A stretch of DNA of 64,000 bases, from the NCBI GenBank assembly GCA_951406725.2, contig OX597835.1, positions 24,428,001 through 24,492,000 on the forward strand, read 5' to 3'. This document shows, piece after piece, positions 42,094 to 54,383 of this stretch. The translations under genes and the position numbers were made by a program. The stretch is from Octopus vulgaris (taxonomy: Eukaryota). The notes beneath the pieces were generated by a model. It made no database searches and was not told where the DNA came from. It saw nothing but the letters and a program-made list of their open reading frames with translations. Positions within the stretch are counted from its first letter, which is position 1. Each line of letters begins with the position of its first letter.

Positions 42094-42542
42094 TATATAT
42101 ATATATATATACATGTCTGTCTGCATGTGTAGGTTTATATAGCTATATAGATGTGTATGCATGTGTGTTTGTATATATATATATATATACATACACACAC
42201 ATATATACAAAGACATTAAAAATTTGTTTTTTATAGTATTATATACAATACATTTAGTGAGATTTAAATTGAATATATTGTGTATAATTCTGTAATAAAC
42301 AAGTTTTTGAGGATATATAAAACCGTCCATTCCTATTTTTAATCTCTTGAATATACATTTTGTAGGCCACATAAAATCCAAATTGTCAAACTCAGGGTTG
42401 ACCCATTGCGTGAAATACTGGTTAATTGTTTGCCTTAAACACTTTCCCGGTGTTCCCTATCATTCGATGTAGTTAGCCAATACCTGGATTGTACTAGAAC
42501 TTGAGTGCTTGCAATGTATCTGCCCAAAATCCCTATTCCTTA

Positions 42543-42573
<31 letters not shown>

Positions 42574-42574
42574 T

Positions 42575-42871
42575 CATTTGAGTGGGATCGTTACCAGCAT
42601 CGCCTTACTGGCACCTGTGCTGTTGGCATGTGTAAAAAAATTCGAGCAAGGTCATTGCCAGTACCGCCTGACTGGCCCACGTGGCCGTGGCACGGAAAAG
42701 CACCCACTACACTCTCGGAGTGGTTGGCAATAGGAAAGGCATCCATCTGTAGAAACTCTGCCAGATCAAGACTGGAGCCTGGTGCGGCCATCTGGTTTGC
42801 CAGCCCACAGTCAAACCATTCAACCCATGCTAGCATGGAAAGCGGACGTTAAACAACGATGATGATGATGA
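42575..42871 (+). mobile_element. RTE-tailed SINE/LINE 3' end, family E
   Basis: ggagtggttggc..aggaagggcatcca...caacccatgctagcatggaaagcggacgttaaac(gat)n; many copies, e.g. 33680-33846(+), 35108-35380(-), 39615-39760(+), 40865-41105(-). Confidence 0.85.
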
Positions 42872-42879
42872 TATAAATT

Positions 42880-43238
42880 AAATAGAGAGATACTATTGAC
42901 AATCCAATGATTTATATATATTATAATATTACATGACATACTATGAATATAACGAAACAGTATTATATAACATAAACAATTATTAAAAAAACCATTAAAG
43001 GCCAACAAATTGTTTCGACTTATATACATTTTCTGATATATATATATACAATAACAGTTCCCTTATATATATAAGTCACTTCAGGGTCATGGTTTAAAGA
43101 TAGATGAAATTCCGTGTGAAAGGATGACTGGATTTTTAAATTTTTTATGTTATATAATATTATATTATATTCATAACATATCATGTTATATTATAATATA
43201 AATGAATTATTGGATTGTCAATAGTATCTGTCTATTTA
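42880..43238. repeat. Inverted repeat flanking a hammerhead-like motif
   Basis: aatagagagatactattgacaatccaatg...cataaa vs tttatgttatataat...ttggattgtcaatagtatctgtctattt. Confidence 0.65.
42988..43095 (-). ncRNA. Hammerhead-like motif, variant core CUGAAGU
   Basis: aaaccatgacc-CTGAAGT-gacttatata...tatataagtc-GAAA-caatttg-TT-ggcctttaatggttt; perfect 10-bp stem II, GUU triplet. Confidence 0.5.
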
Positions 43239-43342
43239 TCATTGTAATTGCATTATACCCATGTTTATATGGTATTCAACTGACGTATCAGTTAATTGGA
43301 CATTAAACACACCCCTGTGAAGGATCTCTTTTCCTCAGTTTG

Positions 43343-43378
<36 letters not shown>

Positions 43379-43399
43379 TCAGTGGATCATATATCCAAA

Positions 43400-43810
43400 A
43401 AGGGAAAGATGGCAATTTTGAGAAAGACTGAGAGGGCAATGGTGAAAGAAATGTATGTGGTGAAGCTGTTTGATAAGAGGAGGATTGAACATTTGATGGG
43501 AATTCTGGGGTTGAAGGAATCGGTGGAATGGTCGGCAAGGGTGAATGGAGTGAGGTGGAATGAGCATGTGTTGAGGAGGGATGAAGAGCATGTTCTGAGG
43601 AGGGTGATTGCATCTGAGGTAAATGGAACACGAAAGCGAGGTAGACCAAGGAAAAGGTGGAGGAGGAGATCAAGAGAGTTGGTCTGAAAAAGGAAGATGC
43701 TGAAAACCAGGCGAGATGGTGTGAGGGTGGTTGCTATGGCACTGAGGTAGATCTGGCCACACCCATTAACGGGGTCAAAACCCAGATTTAAAACACTGGA
43801 TGATGATGAA
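43400..43810 (+). mobile_element. RTE-clade LINE 3' fragment
   Basis: LRKTERAMV...VRWNEHVLRRDEEHVLRRVIASEVNGTRKRGRPRKRW followed by a (GAT)n tail. Confidence 0.85.
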
Positions 43811-44439
43811 GCACACTCTAAAGCAGGGTTTCTCAAACTTTTTAGCCTTGTATAACCCTTAAAATAAATCTAATGTCTCAAGGAACCCCTACACAAAAAA
43901 AATTATATACCATATCTTTCTCATATTTTTTCATCATAGTTCATGTGATAAATATATATACATCATGGTACTTCATTGGTTATGATGATGAGGGTTCCAG
44001 TTGATCCGATCAACAGAACAGCCTGCTTGTGAAATTAACGTTTAAGTGGCTGAGCACTCCACAGACACATGTACCCTCAACATAGTTCTTGAGGAGATTC
44101 AGCATGACACAGAGTGTGACAAGGATGGCGCTTTGAAATACAGGTACAACAGAAACAGGAAGAAAGAGTGAGAGAAAGTTATGGTGAAAGAATACAACAG
44201 GGTTCCCCCCTGCCTGCCGGAACCTCGTGGAGCTTCGGTGTTTTTGCTCAATAATCACTCGCAACGCCTAGTCTGGGAATCAAACCTGCAATCCTATGAC
44301 TGCGAGTCCGCTGCCCTAACCATTGGGCCATTGCACCTTCACTATATATATATATATATATATATCAGAAACTAGAAATCACCTGCTGGCCCATGGGGTG
44401 CAGGATAGGGGTGGTGTTGGGTGAAACGTAGATAACCTT

Positions 44440-45165
44440 TATAAACTTGAACCCTTTGAGAACAGGTGAGTGGGCAGGTGCATTGTCCAGGATGAGAAGG
44501 GCTTGCAGGGGTAGGTTATTTTCCTGGAGATGTTGCTTAACATCAGGACCAAAAGACCAAATTCACCCATCCCACAAAGAACTGCCTGGTGACCCACACC
44601 CTTGGGTTTACTCTCCACATAACCTGCAGTTTTTTTTTTTTTCAGAATCTTATACGACTTAAAGGCTCTGGAGTTTTCTAAATGATAAATGGGCACTGGC
44701 TTAATCTTGCAGTCGTTGCTCGCATGGGTGCACAGTGCGAGGGTTAGCATATCTTTCATGGGATGTGGCCTGACATCCAGAGAAAACTCCTTTGCTGTTA
44801 TATAAATCCTCCTTGGCATTTTCTTCCAAAAAGACCTGTCACATTACAGTTGAAGATCTGTTGAGGGATGTATCCTTCGAATGCTATAACTCCGGCAAAA
44901 GTTTTGAGGTAATCCTCAGCTGCCTTCATATCTGCGCTCACTGCCTCACTATGCCTGGCAAGGGAGTGAATATCGGTCCTCTTTTTAAAATTCTCAAACC
45001 AGACCTGATTGGCTTTAAATGGATTACCCAATGCCTGGAGTCTGCTGCAGCAAATCAGTGTAAATAGCTCATGCCTTCTTGCAGATTATAACCTCCATCA
45101 CAGTATCTCCTGTGAGCTGCTTCTCCATCAACCACACCATCAGCAGCTTCTCCAATAGATGTCTG
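44440..45165 (-). mobile_element. Tigger/pogo-like transposase pseudogene fragment
   Basis: EKLLMVWL, FKANQVWFENFKKR, EAVSAD, GYIPQQIFNCNVTGLF, MPRRIYIT, KDMLTLALCTHAS..KIKP: CENP-B-type HTH plus DDE start; frameshifted. Confidence 0.9.
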
Positions 45166-45174
45166 CTGTTTATA

Positions 45175-45505
45175 AATTATTTATTTCCCTTGGCTGGGAG
45201 TTGAAGTTGAGGTATCGTCCAGTAAAGGTCGGCTTCTGGTATACGGATGTCCTGAATCCATACTTGGTGCGTGTTATTAATACGTCGAGGAATGCTAGCT
45301 GATTGACTTTTTCTTTTTCTATTGTGAACTGTATGGATGGCTTTATCGGGTTCACATGATCTAATAGCACTTGAACATCTTCCTGGTGGGGCCAGAGTAT
45401 GAAGGGGTCATCAACATATCACAGCCATAGGGTTGGTTTTAGTGGTGTTTGTTCCATTTGACTTTAGGATCAACACCACTAAAACCACCAACCCTATGGC
45501 TACGA
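45175..45505 (-). mobile_element. Penelope-like element reverse transcriptase fragment with a short inverted duplicate
   Basis: PTLWL*YVDDPFILWPH...SIQFTIEKE..LAFLDVLI...TSVYQKPTFTGRYLNFNSQ (PLE RT motifs 5-7 and thumb); 45472-45503 is an inverted copy of 45420-45449. Confidence 0.88.
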
Positions 45506-46673
45506 TCAAAGACTTTGCAATTTAAAAAAGTAAGTTGAACCGTCCAACCCATGCTAGCATGGAAAGTGGACGCTAAATGATGATGATGATGATGCTGATG
45601 AAGAAGAAACTTTTCAAATATAAATAAAGTGAAAACACACAAAAATAAACATTATTTTCCCTCTTATTGTTTTGTTTTGAAAAATAAAAATATATTTTAT
45701 GGTTTGTTGTTGTTTATATTTTGAATTACATAATTTTTTATGGGGGCACCAAAATCTTTTAAGTGCTTAGGGCCTCAATGGGTCTTAATCCGGCCCTGTG
45801 TATATACATACATATATATATACATCTCTCTCTCGCTTTCTCTCTTTATGCATGCGTGTGTGTGAGTGTGTGTATGTTTTCTTGTCTCGACACCGTGCGA
45901 TAGTTGTATATGGGTGTCCTTTTTTTTCTGTTTGTTCAGATGTATTCTTCCTTACTTTTTTCTTTTAGTTAAGACAGAAGGGTGTGACCTGGGGGTACAC
46001 TATCTGATATTTCTAGCAATTCACGAATTAACTGGATTATTTCTACATCACCACTGTCATGTCGAACATTCCGTGGAAACCTGTCTAGCCATAAAGAAGT
46101 TTTACCTTGGTTGGGAACGGGTGAAGATTGGTGACAGGAAGGACACCCGGCCGTAATTGAGAACCCACCCCAATAAATCCTGTGCAACCCATGCAAGCAT
46201 GGAAAAGTGGACGTTAAAACGATGACGGTGAGACACAAACACGCACATGTAAACGCGCACTGCTAAATTAATGACTATATATATTTCTTTATGCCCTCAA
46301 GGGGCTAAACATAGAGGGGACAAACAAGGACAGACAAAGGGATTAAGTCGATTACATCGACCCCAGTGCGAAACTGGTACTTTATTTATCGACCCCGAAA
46401 GGATGAAAGGCAAAGTCGACCTCGGCGGAATTTGAACTCAGAACGTAGCGGCAGATGAAATACCGCTAAGCATTTCGCCCGATGTGCTAACGATTCTGCC
46501 AGACAGATAAGGAAGGAGGTGAAGAATAATGATAGAAATACGGAACGAAAGAAAAATAAAGGCTAAGAAGGAGAAATAGATGATCAGAAAGTGAGAGTAC
46601 AAATTTCGTACACAGTATTTTTCTAGCAACACCTATTCAACCCTAAGACAAGAACCGCGTATAACCAACATAC

Positions 46674-46753
46674 GCATGTTGTTTGTGGAGTCCCGAATCA
46701 GCTCCGAGCAAACAGACCGATGATTTTAGACAATCTAGCCATGACCATTGCAT
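46674..46753 (-). CDS. Candidate alternative first coding exon of NT5C2
   Basis: ATG at 46753 (G at -3), MQWSWLDCLKSSVCLLGADSGLHKQH(A), 80 nt ending GC|GTATGT in phase 2, compatible with the 15567 acceptor; lies at the edge of the CpG-retaining zone. Confidence 0.4.
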
Positions 46754-46899
46754 CTCGCTTCTTCCCACTTTTTTTTTTATTTCTTGCTATTTGTTCAGAC
46801 TTCAGAATATATCTAGGACACATCATACGATATATTCTTCCTTTTCTTTTCCTTCACTTTTTTGGTAATTTCTCTTTAAGTTTCAACAGAAGTGTGCGA

Positions 46900-47769
46900 C
46901 CTGGGGATGTAGGAATTTCTGATATCCCAAGCAATTCACCAAAACCCCCCCATCACCGCTTCACCAAAATCCCATCTCCTTCTTTAGTTAATTCTTTGGG
47001 TGATTTTCTTTATGTTTAACACACGTAACGACTGCTAAACAAAAACAGAGAGATACAAAGTGCGACAGGGTATATATGAGGAAAATATACACGCTCTTCT
47101 TATACACGTGGTGGAACCGCAGTAATAATGAAGGGCTTTGGCAAACGTGTATATTCATCACAACTACCTGTTAACATTGGTTATACGCTCAAATATATAT
47201 ATACATACGCATTCGCATATAGATATGTATACGCACATTGACATATATATATATATTTATAAAACTATCGTTTATGAAAATAATGTACTTTGAAAACGAG
47301 GGTAACCACAATTTAGACACGGTACTGAATGCGCATTTGTATGCATCGAAAATTTATACACACGCGTATGTTGTTGTATAGCTCCCTTTCTCTCCCTATA
47401 TACATAAATATATGCATATTTGTATGCATTTATATTCTTGTAGGTGCAGACTGCGGATTTTACACGCGATATCTATTGCATGCACATCTATATACATACA
47501 TGTATGTGTGTGTATACATACATATATATATATATACATTTGGAGAGAGAGAGAGGGGTGTATACATATGCCTGTGTGTACATATATACTTCAAAAACGT
47601 TTGTAAACAAAAATTTCAAGTAATCTTAAGTGACTATACACTTTGCAAAACAACGTGTACATATGTCTGTGTGTATATATATATATCGTGTGTGTGTTTG
47701 TGTATTATTAAACAACGCGGTGCAAAGTGAGATAAAAGAAATATAAAAACAATTAACGATAGGACATTT

Positions 47770-47821
<52 letters not shown>

Positions 47822-49170
47822 CATATATATATATATATATTATTCATATCATTACTTAACTAATTAAATCACATAGCTATCAACTAAGACAACTACTACG
47901 ACTACGAGTAAATAACATAGTATCATTATCACGATAAGTATTATCATTATTATTGTTATCGTTACTATCATAACCATTATTATTATCATTATTATTATTA
48001 CCTTGAAGTTTCACGTAAATATTAGAAGACGATAATTTGTGTGAAGGAGAATAAGGATGGATGACACCTTTTGGTGTAATAATGCGGCCGTTATTGTCTC
48101 TCGCGCTATATATATATATATATATATATATTTTAAATATATATATATATATAATGTATAATTTTTTTTTTTCTTATTCTTTTTGCTTTTAGAGAATGCT
48201 TCTTCCTCGTTTGTTCCGAAGTTGAACGAGGAAAGGAGGGAAAAAATTAATTTGCAGATCCAGTTTCCGGGTTGACGCCAAAAACTTGAACAGTTCAATC
48301 GAAAATCCGAATTGTGAATGATGGAACAACGTAATTTATTCTTCGCTAAATTGATTTGACACTAAAACTATTGTTAAGCAAGAACAGCAACAACCACCAA
48401 AGTAGCGGAAGAAAGAATAAAGAGAGCGCTTGTTTTGTTATTGTCACATCAATATTTAATTGTTTTCTCACTCGTTGTGTTTATTATTCAAATTTCGCTC
48501 CGTATAAAAGCATAATTGTGAGCCACTAATTTTTTTTTTCTCGTTGTCATAAGGGATAAAATATACTTGGGTGGGGTCACCTTACTTTAAATTTTGAGCT
48601 ACTGCGGCTGGATGAAAAAGCATAGAGAAAACACGGAGAAAAAACAAATAGCTCGCAGTCCGTCTTATGCGGTCGGTCTCTTGACCTGCTAGAAATAGCA
48701 ACCTAATTACCCTCAAATTACACATTCTATCGTTTTAAACTGTAGTGGCGGCGGTGGGGTGTAAATCCACAAAGGACGATACATTTCTTTCAGAACAGGT
48801 TTACCTCAACTTACACCGTTCCGAGTTACGTCTTTTGTTGACTTTACGTCGTTTTTAAAAGAAATTAATGGGAAAAGAAAATAAACCTCAATTTTAGTCA
48901 CTTTATCCGGTTTTATGGTCTCAGCGAACAGATTTAATTTTAAAAAAAAGTAAATACATAATCCAATACTGAAGTGGAAAAAATCATAAAATACACCTAA
49001 AAATATATACAAACCATTTATTAAATCAGAAAAATAAGCAAATAAATTTTTTTTTTAATGTTTTTTCGTGTTGCGTCATTTTTCGAGTTAAGTCACAGGT
49101 TTTGGAACCAGCTACCGACGGAAGTTCAAATATGGTTGTATTTATACAAAATATGCCAGTGAAGGTATAA
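46900..49170. promoter_or_regulatory. Probable promoter region of NT5C2, possibly bidirectional
   Basis: Largely SINE-free unique sequence with retained CpGs, ETS-like CCGGAA/CGGAAGT (~48265, ~49118), TGACGC/GCGTCA half-CRE sites, TCTCGCG (~48099), and a minus-strand donor GGT|GTAAGT at 48814 that may end a 5'UTR exon. Confidence 0.45.
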
Positions 49171-49543
49171 GGCTTTGAGCTGACAGAATAGTTAGCATGC
49201 CGGACAAAATGTTTAACTGCATTTCGTCCGTCTTTACGTTCTGAGAGCAAATCCCGCCGAGGTCGACTTTGCCTTTTAATATTTCAAGGGTCGGTGAAAT
49301 AAGTACCAGTTGAGCACAGGGTTCGATATAACCGACTTACCCTACACCTATGAAGTTGCTGGCCCTCTGCCAAAATTTAAAACTATTAAGGGAAGGTTCA
49401 ATGTATAGAAAACCCCCGCATTATTTGTTCCGACTCAGTACGCCGAGGTCAACATTGTTTTTCTTCCTTTCGGAATCGATATATAAAAGCGTTGAGTTTT
49501 GTAATTTGCTAACTTCATAAGCACACGTATAAGAACAAGGATC

Positions 49544-49955
49544 GGATCTTTTCGGTTTGAACGGCAGTTTTTTCTAGCGGTGTCATATGAAATTGTCACC
49601 CATAATTATGACCCTAGTATCGATCTATTGCATTTCAATCTGTTTTAGGGTTAGGGGTGGGGGAAGGGTATCTTTTTTTTCTTCACAAATGTAAATAAAC
49701 CCAATCTGTTTCTTAAACGAAGGACATTTTCATACGGCACAGAATGTTTTTTACCTCAATAGACGTCATTGATTGATGAAATTGCCGAAATTGAAGAAAA
49801 ACAACAACAAATATCTTACAAACCATAGAATTTTCTCAATAAAGCCAAGAGAAAACGATGTTTTATAAACACATTCTACCAGTATACGAAGTTTAAAAGT
49901 GTTTAGTTACGTGGAAATTATTTTTAAAAAACTGCCGTTCAAACCGAAAAGATCC
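49544..49955. mobile_element. MITE with ~30-bp TIRs (Merlin/MULE-like GG...CC ends)
   Basis: TIR ggatcttttcggtttgaacggcagtttttt and its exact reverse complement; 8-bp TSD caaggatc/caaagatc (1 mismatch); internal ttagggttaggg. Confidence 0.88.
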
Positions 49956-50435
49956 CAAAGATCAAATAGCCGTAAACTACGAATTTCTATCTCACCGTAT
50001 ATGTGTGTGTGTGTCCACCACTTGACATCCGGTGTTGGTGTGTTTACGTCTCCGTAACTTAGCGGTTCAGCAAATAGAAACCGATAGTATAAGTATCAGG
50101 TTTTAAAGAAACAAGTGCTGGGGGGGGGGGTCGATTTGTTCGACTAAAAATTCTTCAAGGCAGCGCTCCAGCATGACCGCAGTTTAAGACCTGAAGCGAA
50201 TAAAATAACGACCAATGCAGGACATTGAATTGGACAGAACTCTGGGTGCTTTTTGGTTATCTCACCCCCATTAAAAAATTTCATTAAAAAACTGGGTTAT
50301 CTCCCCACTAAAAAATTGAGTTTATGTGACAAGTTTGGATTGAAAGAGTTCGATCCTTTTGATTCAATGCTTCAACACATTCTTGACATTTGGCCTCCTC
50401 AATAGGAATGGTAGGATTTTTTTCTTTTTTTCTTT

Positions 50436-50642
50436 TTATTTGTTTCAGCCATTTGACTGCGGCCGTGCTGGAGCACCGCCTTTAGTTGAGCAAATCGACC
50501 CCAGGACTTATTCTTTGTAAGCCTAGTACTTATTCTATCGGTCTCTCTTGCCGAACCGCTAAGTGACGGGGTCGTAAACACACCCACATCAGTTGTCAAG
50601 CGATGTTGGGGGGGGGGCGAACACAGACACACCAACATATAC

Positions 50643-50685
<43 letters not shown>

Positions 50686-50850
50686 GTATACGACGGGCTT
50701 CTTTCAGTTTCCGTCTACCAAATCCACTCACAAGGCTTTGGTCAGCCCGAGGCTATGGTAGAAGACACTTGCCCAAGGTGCCACGCAGTGGGACTGAACC
50801 CAAAACCATGTGGTTGGTAAGCAAGCCACTTACCACACAGCCAGTCCTGT
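50436..50850 (-). mobile_element. SINE family A copy
   Basis: Full-length, CpGs retained. Confidence 0.9.
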
Positions 50851-51234
50851 GTTATAAAAATGTGATTAGATTCAATAAAATGCTTAATTTTTTCACATTT
50901 CATGTTTATTAATTTTTCATTTGTCTTTTGTTTTATTGAAAGTAAAACAATTTTTTTTCAGTTGGGGGAGATAACCCAATTTTTTAATGGGGGTGAGTTA
51001 ACCAAAAAATACCGGACCCTGTTAGAGCATCAGGAGAGATGCCTTGGGGCATTGTGTTATATTGCGTTCCAGCTGTTTGTGTTTCTGACTGCAACGTCAG
51101 CGACAAGACTGCTATCGCGGTTGCCTCTTTCTTGGACTGGGGGCATGAAAAGGGGGGGGGGGACACTTGCATTCACGGGCAATAGTTTGATCTTACGAAA
51201 GAAATAAATAGCTAGATAAATAAATAAATCATTT

Positions 51235-52285
51235 TTTCTACTCTTGGTACAAGACCTGAAATTTTGGGGGAAGGAGGCCAGTCGATTAGATCGACCCCAA
51301 TGCGCAACAGGTACTTAATTTATCGACCCCGAAAGGATGAAAGACAAAGTCGACCTGGGCGGAATTTGAACTCAGAACGTAAACAGAGGAGACAAACAAG
51401 GACAGACAAAGGGATTAAGTCGATTATATCGACCCCAGTGCATAACTGGTACTTAATTTATCGACCCCGAAAGGATGAAAGGCAAAGTCAACCTCGGCGG
51501 AATTTGAACTCAGAACGTAAACAGGCGAAATACCTATTTCTTTACTACCCACAAGGGGCTAAACACAGAGGGGACAAACAAGGACAGACAAACGGATTAA
51601 GTCGATTATATCGACTCCAGTGCGTAACTGGTACTTAATTTATCGACCCCGAAAGGATGAAAGGCAAAGTCGACCTCGGCGGAATTTGAACTCAGAACAT
51701 AGAGGCAGACGAAATACCGCTAAGCATTTCGCCCTGTGTGCTAACGATTCTACGAGCTCGCTCTCCTTACGTTGGACAAACATTTCTTTTGGTTCTACGT
51801 TTTGAGTTCAAATTCCACCGAGGTCAGGTTTGCTTTTCAATCCTTCGGGATCGATAAAGTACCAGTCAAGTACTAACTCTTCTCAGTGTTTCTCAACAAG
51901 ATTTGTCTGTCCTTGTTTGTCCCCTCTGTGTTTAGCCCCTTGTGGGTAGTGAAGAAATAGGTATTTCGTCTGCCGCTACGTTCTGTGTTCAAATTCCACC
52001 GAGGTTGACATTGCCTTTCATCCTTTCGGGGTCAATTAAATAAGTACCAGTTTCGCACTGGGGTCGATGTAATCGACTTAATCCGTCTGTCTGTCCTTGT
52101 TCGTCCCCTCTGTGTTTAGCCCCTTGTGGGTAGTAAAATAGGTATTTCGTCCGTCTTTATATTCTGTGTCTAAATTCCGCAGGAGTCGATTTTGCTCTTT
52201 ATCCTTTCGGGGTCGATAAAATAAGTACCAGTTGAGCATTGTGATCGATGTAATCGACTCCGAAATTGCTGGCCTTGTATCAAAA
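51235..52285. mobile_element. Cluster of tandem and inverted SINE family B copies
   Basis: Three minus-strand partial units (51235-51765) followed by about three plus-strand units (51795-52285). Confidence 0.85.
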
Positions 52286-53231
52286 CCGGAAATCAATATT
52301 TTTTTTCTAATGTGCTCTTGTGCCCTCACCGTCTTCGCTAAACATTTCACATTAAATATTCCGACTATATCAATAAAATATGATTTAATTATATTTTCAT
52401 CAATTTCATCTAATATTTCCATTAAATTTCTTTAAATATTTCTTGCTATTGAGCTTTCAGATAAATTTATTTATCTATTTCCAATGTTATTTGAATTAAC
52501 ACCAAAATAATTTTTTCATCATTGTATTTTACGAGTCTCCCCACCCGCCTTTTAGTTTTAGTAACTCTGTTTCTCCTTTGCAAGATATGTTGATCGTTTT
52601 TGAAATTTGAATAAGCAGTAATGGGACAAAAGAATGGAGAAATTATTGCTTTTAAATCGAGTATATATATTTTTTTATTAATTATGCTTCTTAATTTTAT
52701 GTTCGTCATTTACATGCTGGGATCGATAAGTTATCGATAAGTACAACTCTATGAAGATCAATAATAAAACAAGTTTGCTCTATGTATTGTGAAATTCAGG
52801 AACACTTCGACTGATCAGGCTGCAGGCCTTGGTCTCACGACAGCCCCACCACCATTCTACAGCAGGCACAAGGCCTAGAATATTGGGGAAAGCGAAATCA
52901 TCGATTACATCGAACTCCATTGTTCAATTAGTACTTCATTTTATCATACTCGAAAGAATAAAAAAGTAAAGTCACCCTCGGCGGAATTCGAACTCAAATC
53001 ATCAAGACTGACGGAATGCTATTAAAGCCTTTTGTCCGGTGTGCTAACGTTTCTGCCAGTTTGCTGTCAATAATAATCTTCTATGATAATAAATGCCGAA
53101 ACGAATTTCTGTGTGTCAGTGTGTCACACTCTGACCCTACTCTCACTATTCAATGACACTTCCTCTACTCCTCTTGCTGAGGTGAGAGTAATAGTAAGCA
53201 TAGAGACGGTAAGGACAGTAGCAGATTGACA

Positions 53232-53342
53232 GCTGCAGAAGCTCTACAGGATATTCTATTCCAATCTCCTCCAACCATTTGTGTATGTCTTTGCTTACGG
53301 TTCCCAATGCACCAATAATTATAGGCACAACCTTTACAATTT
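53232..53342 (-). mobile_element. Second R4/Dong-like LINE fragment
   Basis: KVVPIIIGALGTVSKDIHKWLEEIGI..VELLQ. Confidence 0.7.
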
Positions 53343-53749
53343 TCATCATCATCATCACCATTATAATTACTATCAAGGCGGTTAACTGACAGAATTTTTG
53401 GTACGTTTGGACAAGATGCTTAGCGACGTTTCTTCCGGCTCTTTACATTCTGACATCAAATGCCTCCGAGATCAAATTTGCCTTTTATCCTTTCGATGTC
53501 GATAAATTAAGTGCCAGTTAAAAACTAAGGTCGATATAATCGTCTTGTATTTCCCTAAAAAATGGCTGACTTTGTCCTAAAATTAGAAAAAAATTATTTT
53601 TATTGTCATTCTTGTTATTTTTCTTCTTCATCTTCGTTTTCATATAAACCCAAGGCTACAAGATTCTTGGACGCAAGACAGTGATTTATATCGACCTCAA
53701 TAGATGGCTGGTACTTCATTTAATCGACTTCGGAAATAATAATACGTCA

Positions 53750-54338
53750 TGACAATATGGTAAGATACAAAAGACGCCTTGACAATGTGGCAAGAATGAT
53801 CCTTTGAGAACTCTGTCGAAATCACGGCCTACAAGGAGCAAAGACGTGGTATCAGCAAACTCCAGGAGTCACTAAAAATGAGAATTGCAAAATTCTGTGG
53901 GATGCAATGACCCAGTGCGATCAGCTGACCAGACATCGGAAACTGGACTTTGTTGTGGTGAAAAAGAAAACTAAGAACATGATAATCGACATAGCATGCC
54001 CCGGTGACAACAGGATCAATGTGAAAGAAGAAGAAAAAAATAAACAACTATGACGATTCGAAGAGGGAAATACGAAGGTTGTGGTCAATGAAGAAAGAGA
54101 ATAGACGCGATACTAAAAGTAATTGATGCACTTGGAAAATATCAGCACTCAACTATCAACATGGCTGAAAAAGATCGGTGCAAGTGTGAAGGTAGAACAC
54201 CTACCAAAATCAGCATTGCTTGGAACTGCAAGAATTCTTCGCAGAGTTCTTGAAGCATGACTAGTAAAACAAGTGTCACCTTAGTCTGCTGGCTGTGGAT
54301 AGCCGACACTTTCCAATATAAGCTGTGAGTTTTAATCC

Positions 54339-54383
<45 letters not shown>
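53750..54383 (+). mobile_element. R4/Dong-like restriction-endonuclease LINE 3' fragment with (TAA)n tail
   Basis: YKRRLDNVAR, KILWD, RHRKLDFVVV, IIDIACPGD, KEEEKINNY, KSALLGTARILRRVL* then (TAA)n at 54340-54383. Confidence 0.85.

Noticed and set aside
49645-49660. Telomeric TTAGGG repeats
   Set aside because: Only two units, internal to a MITE.
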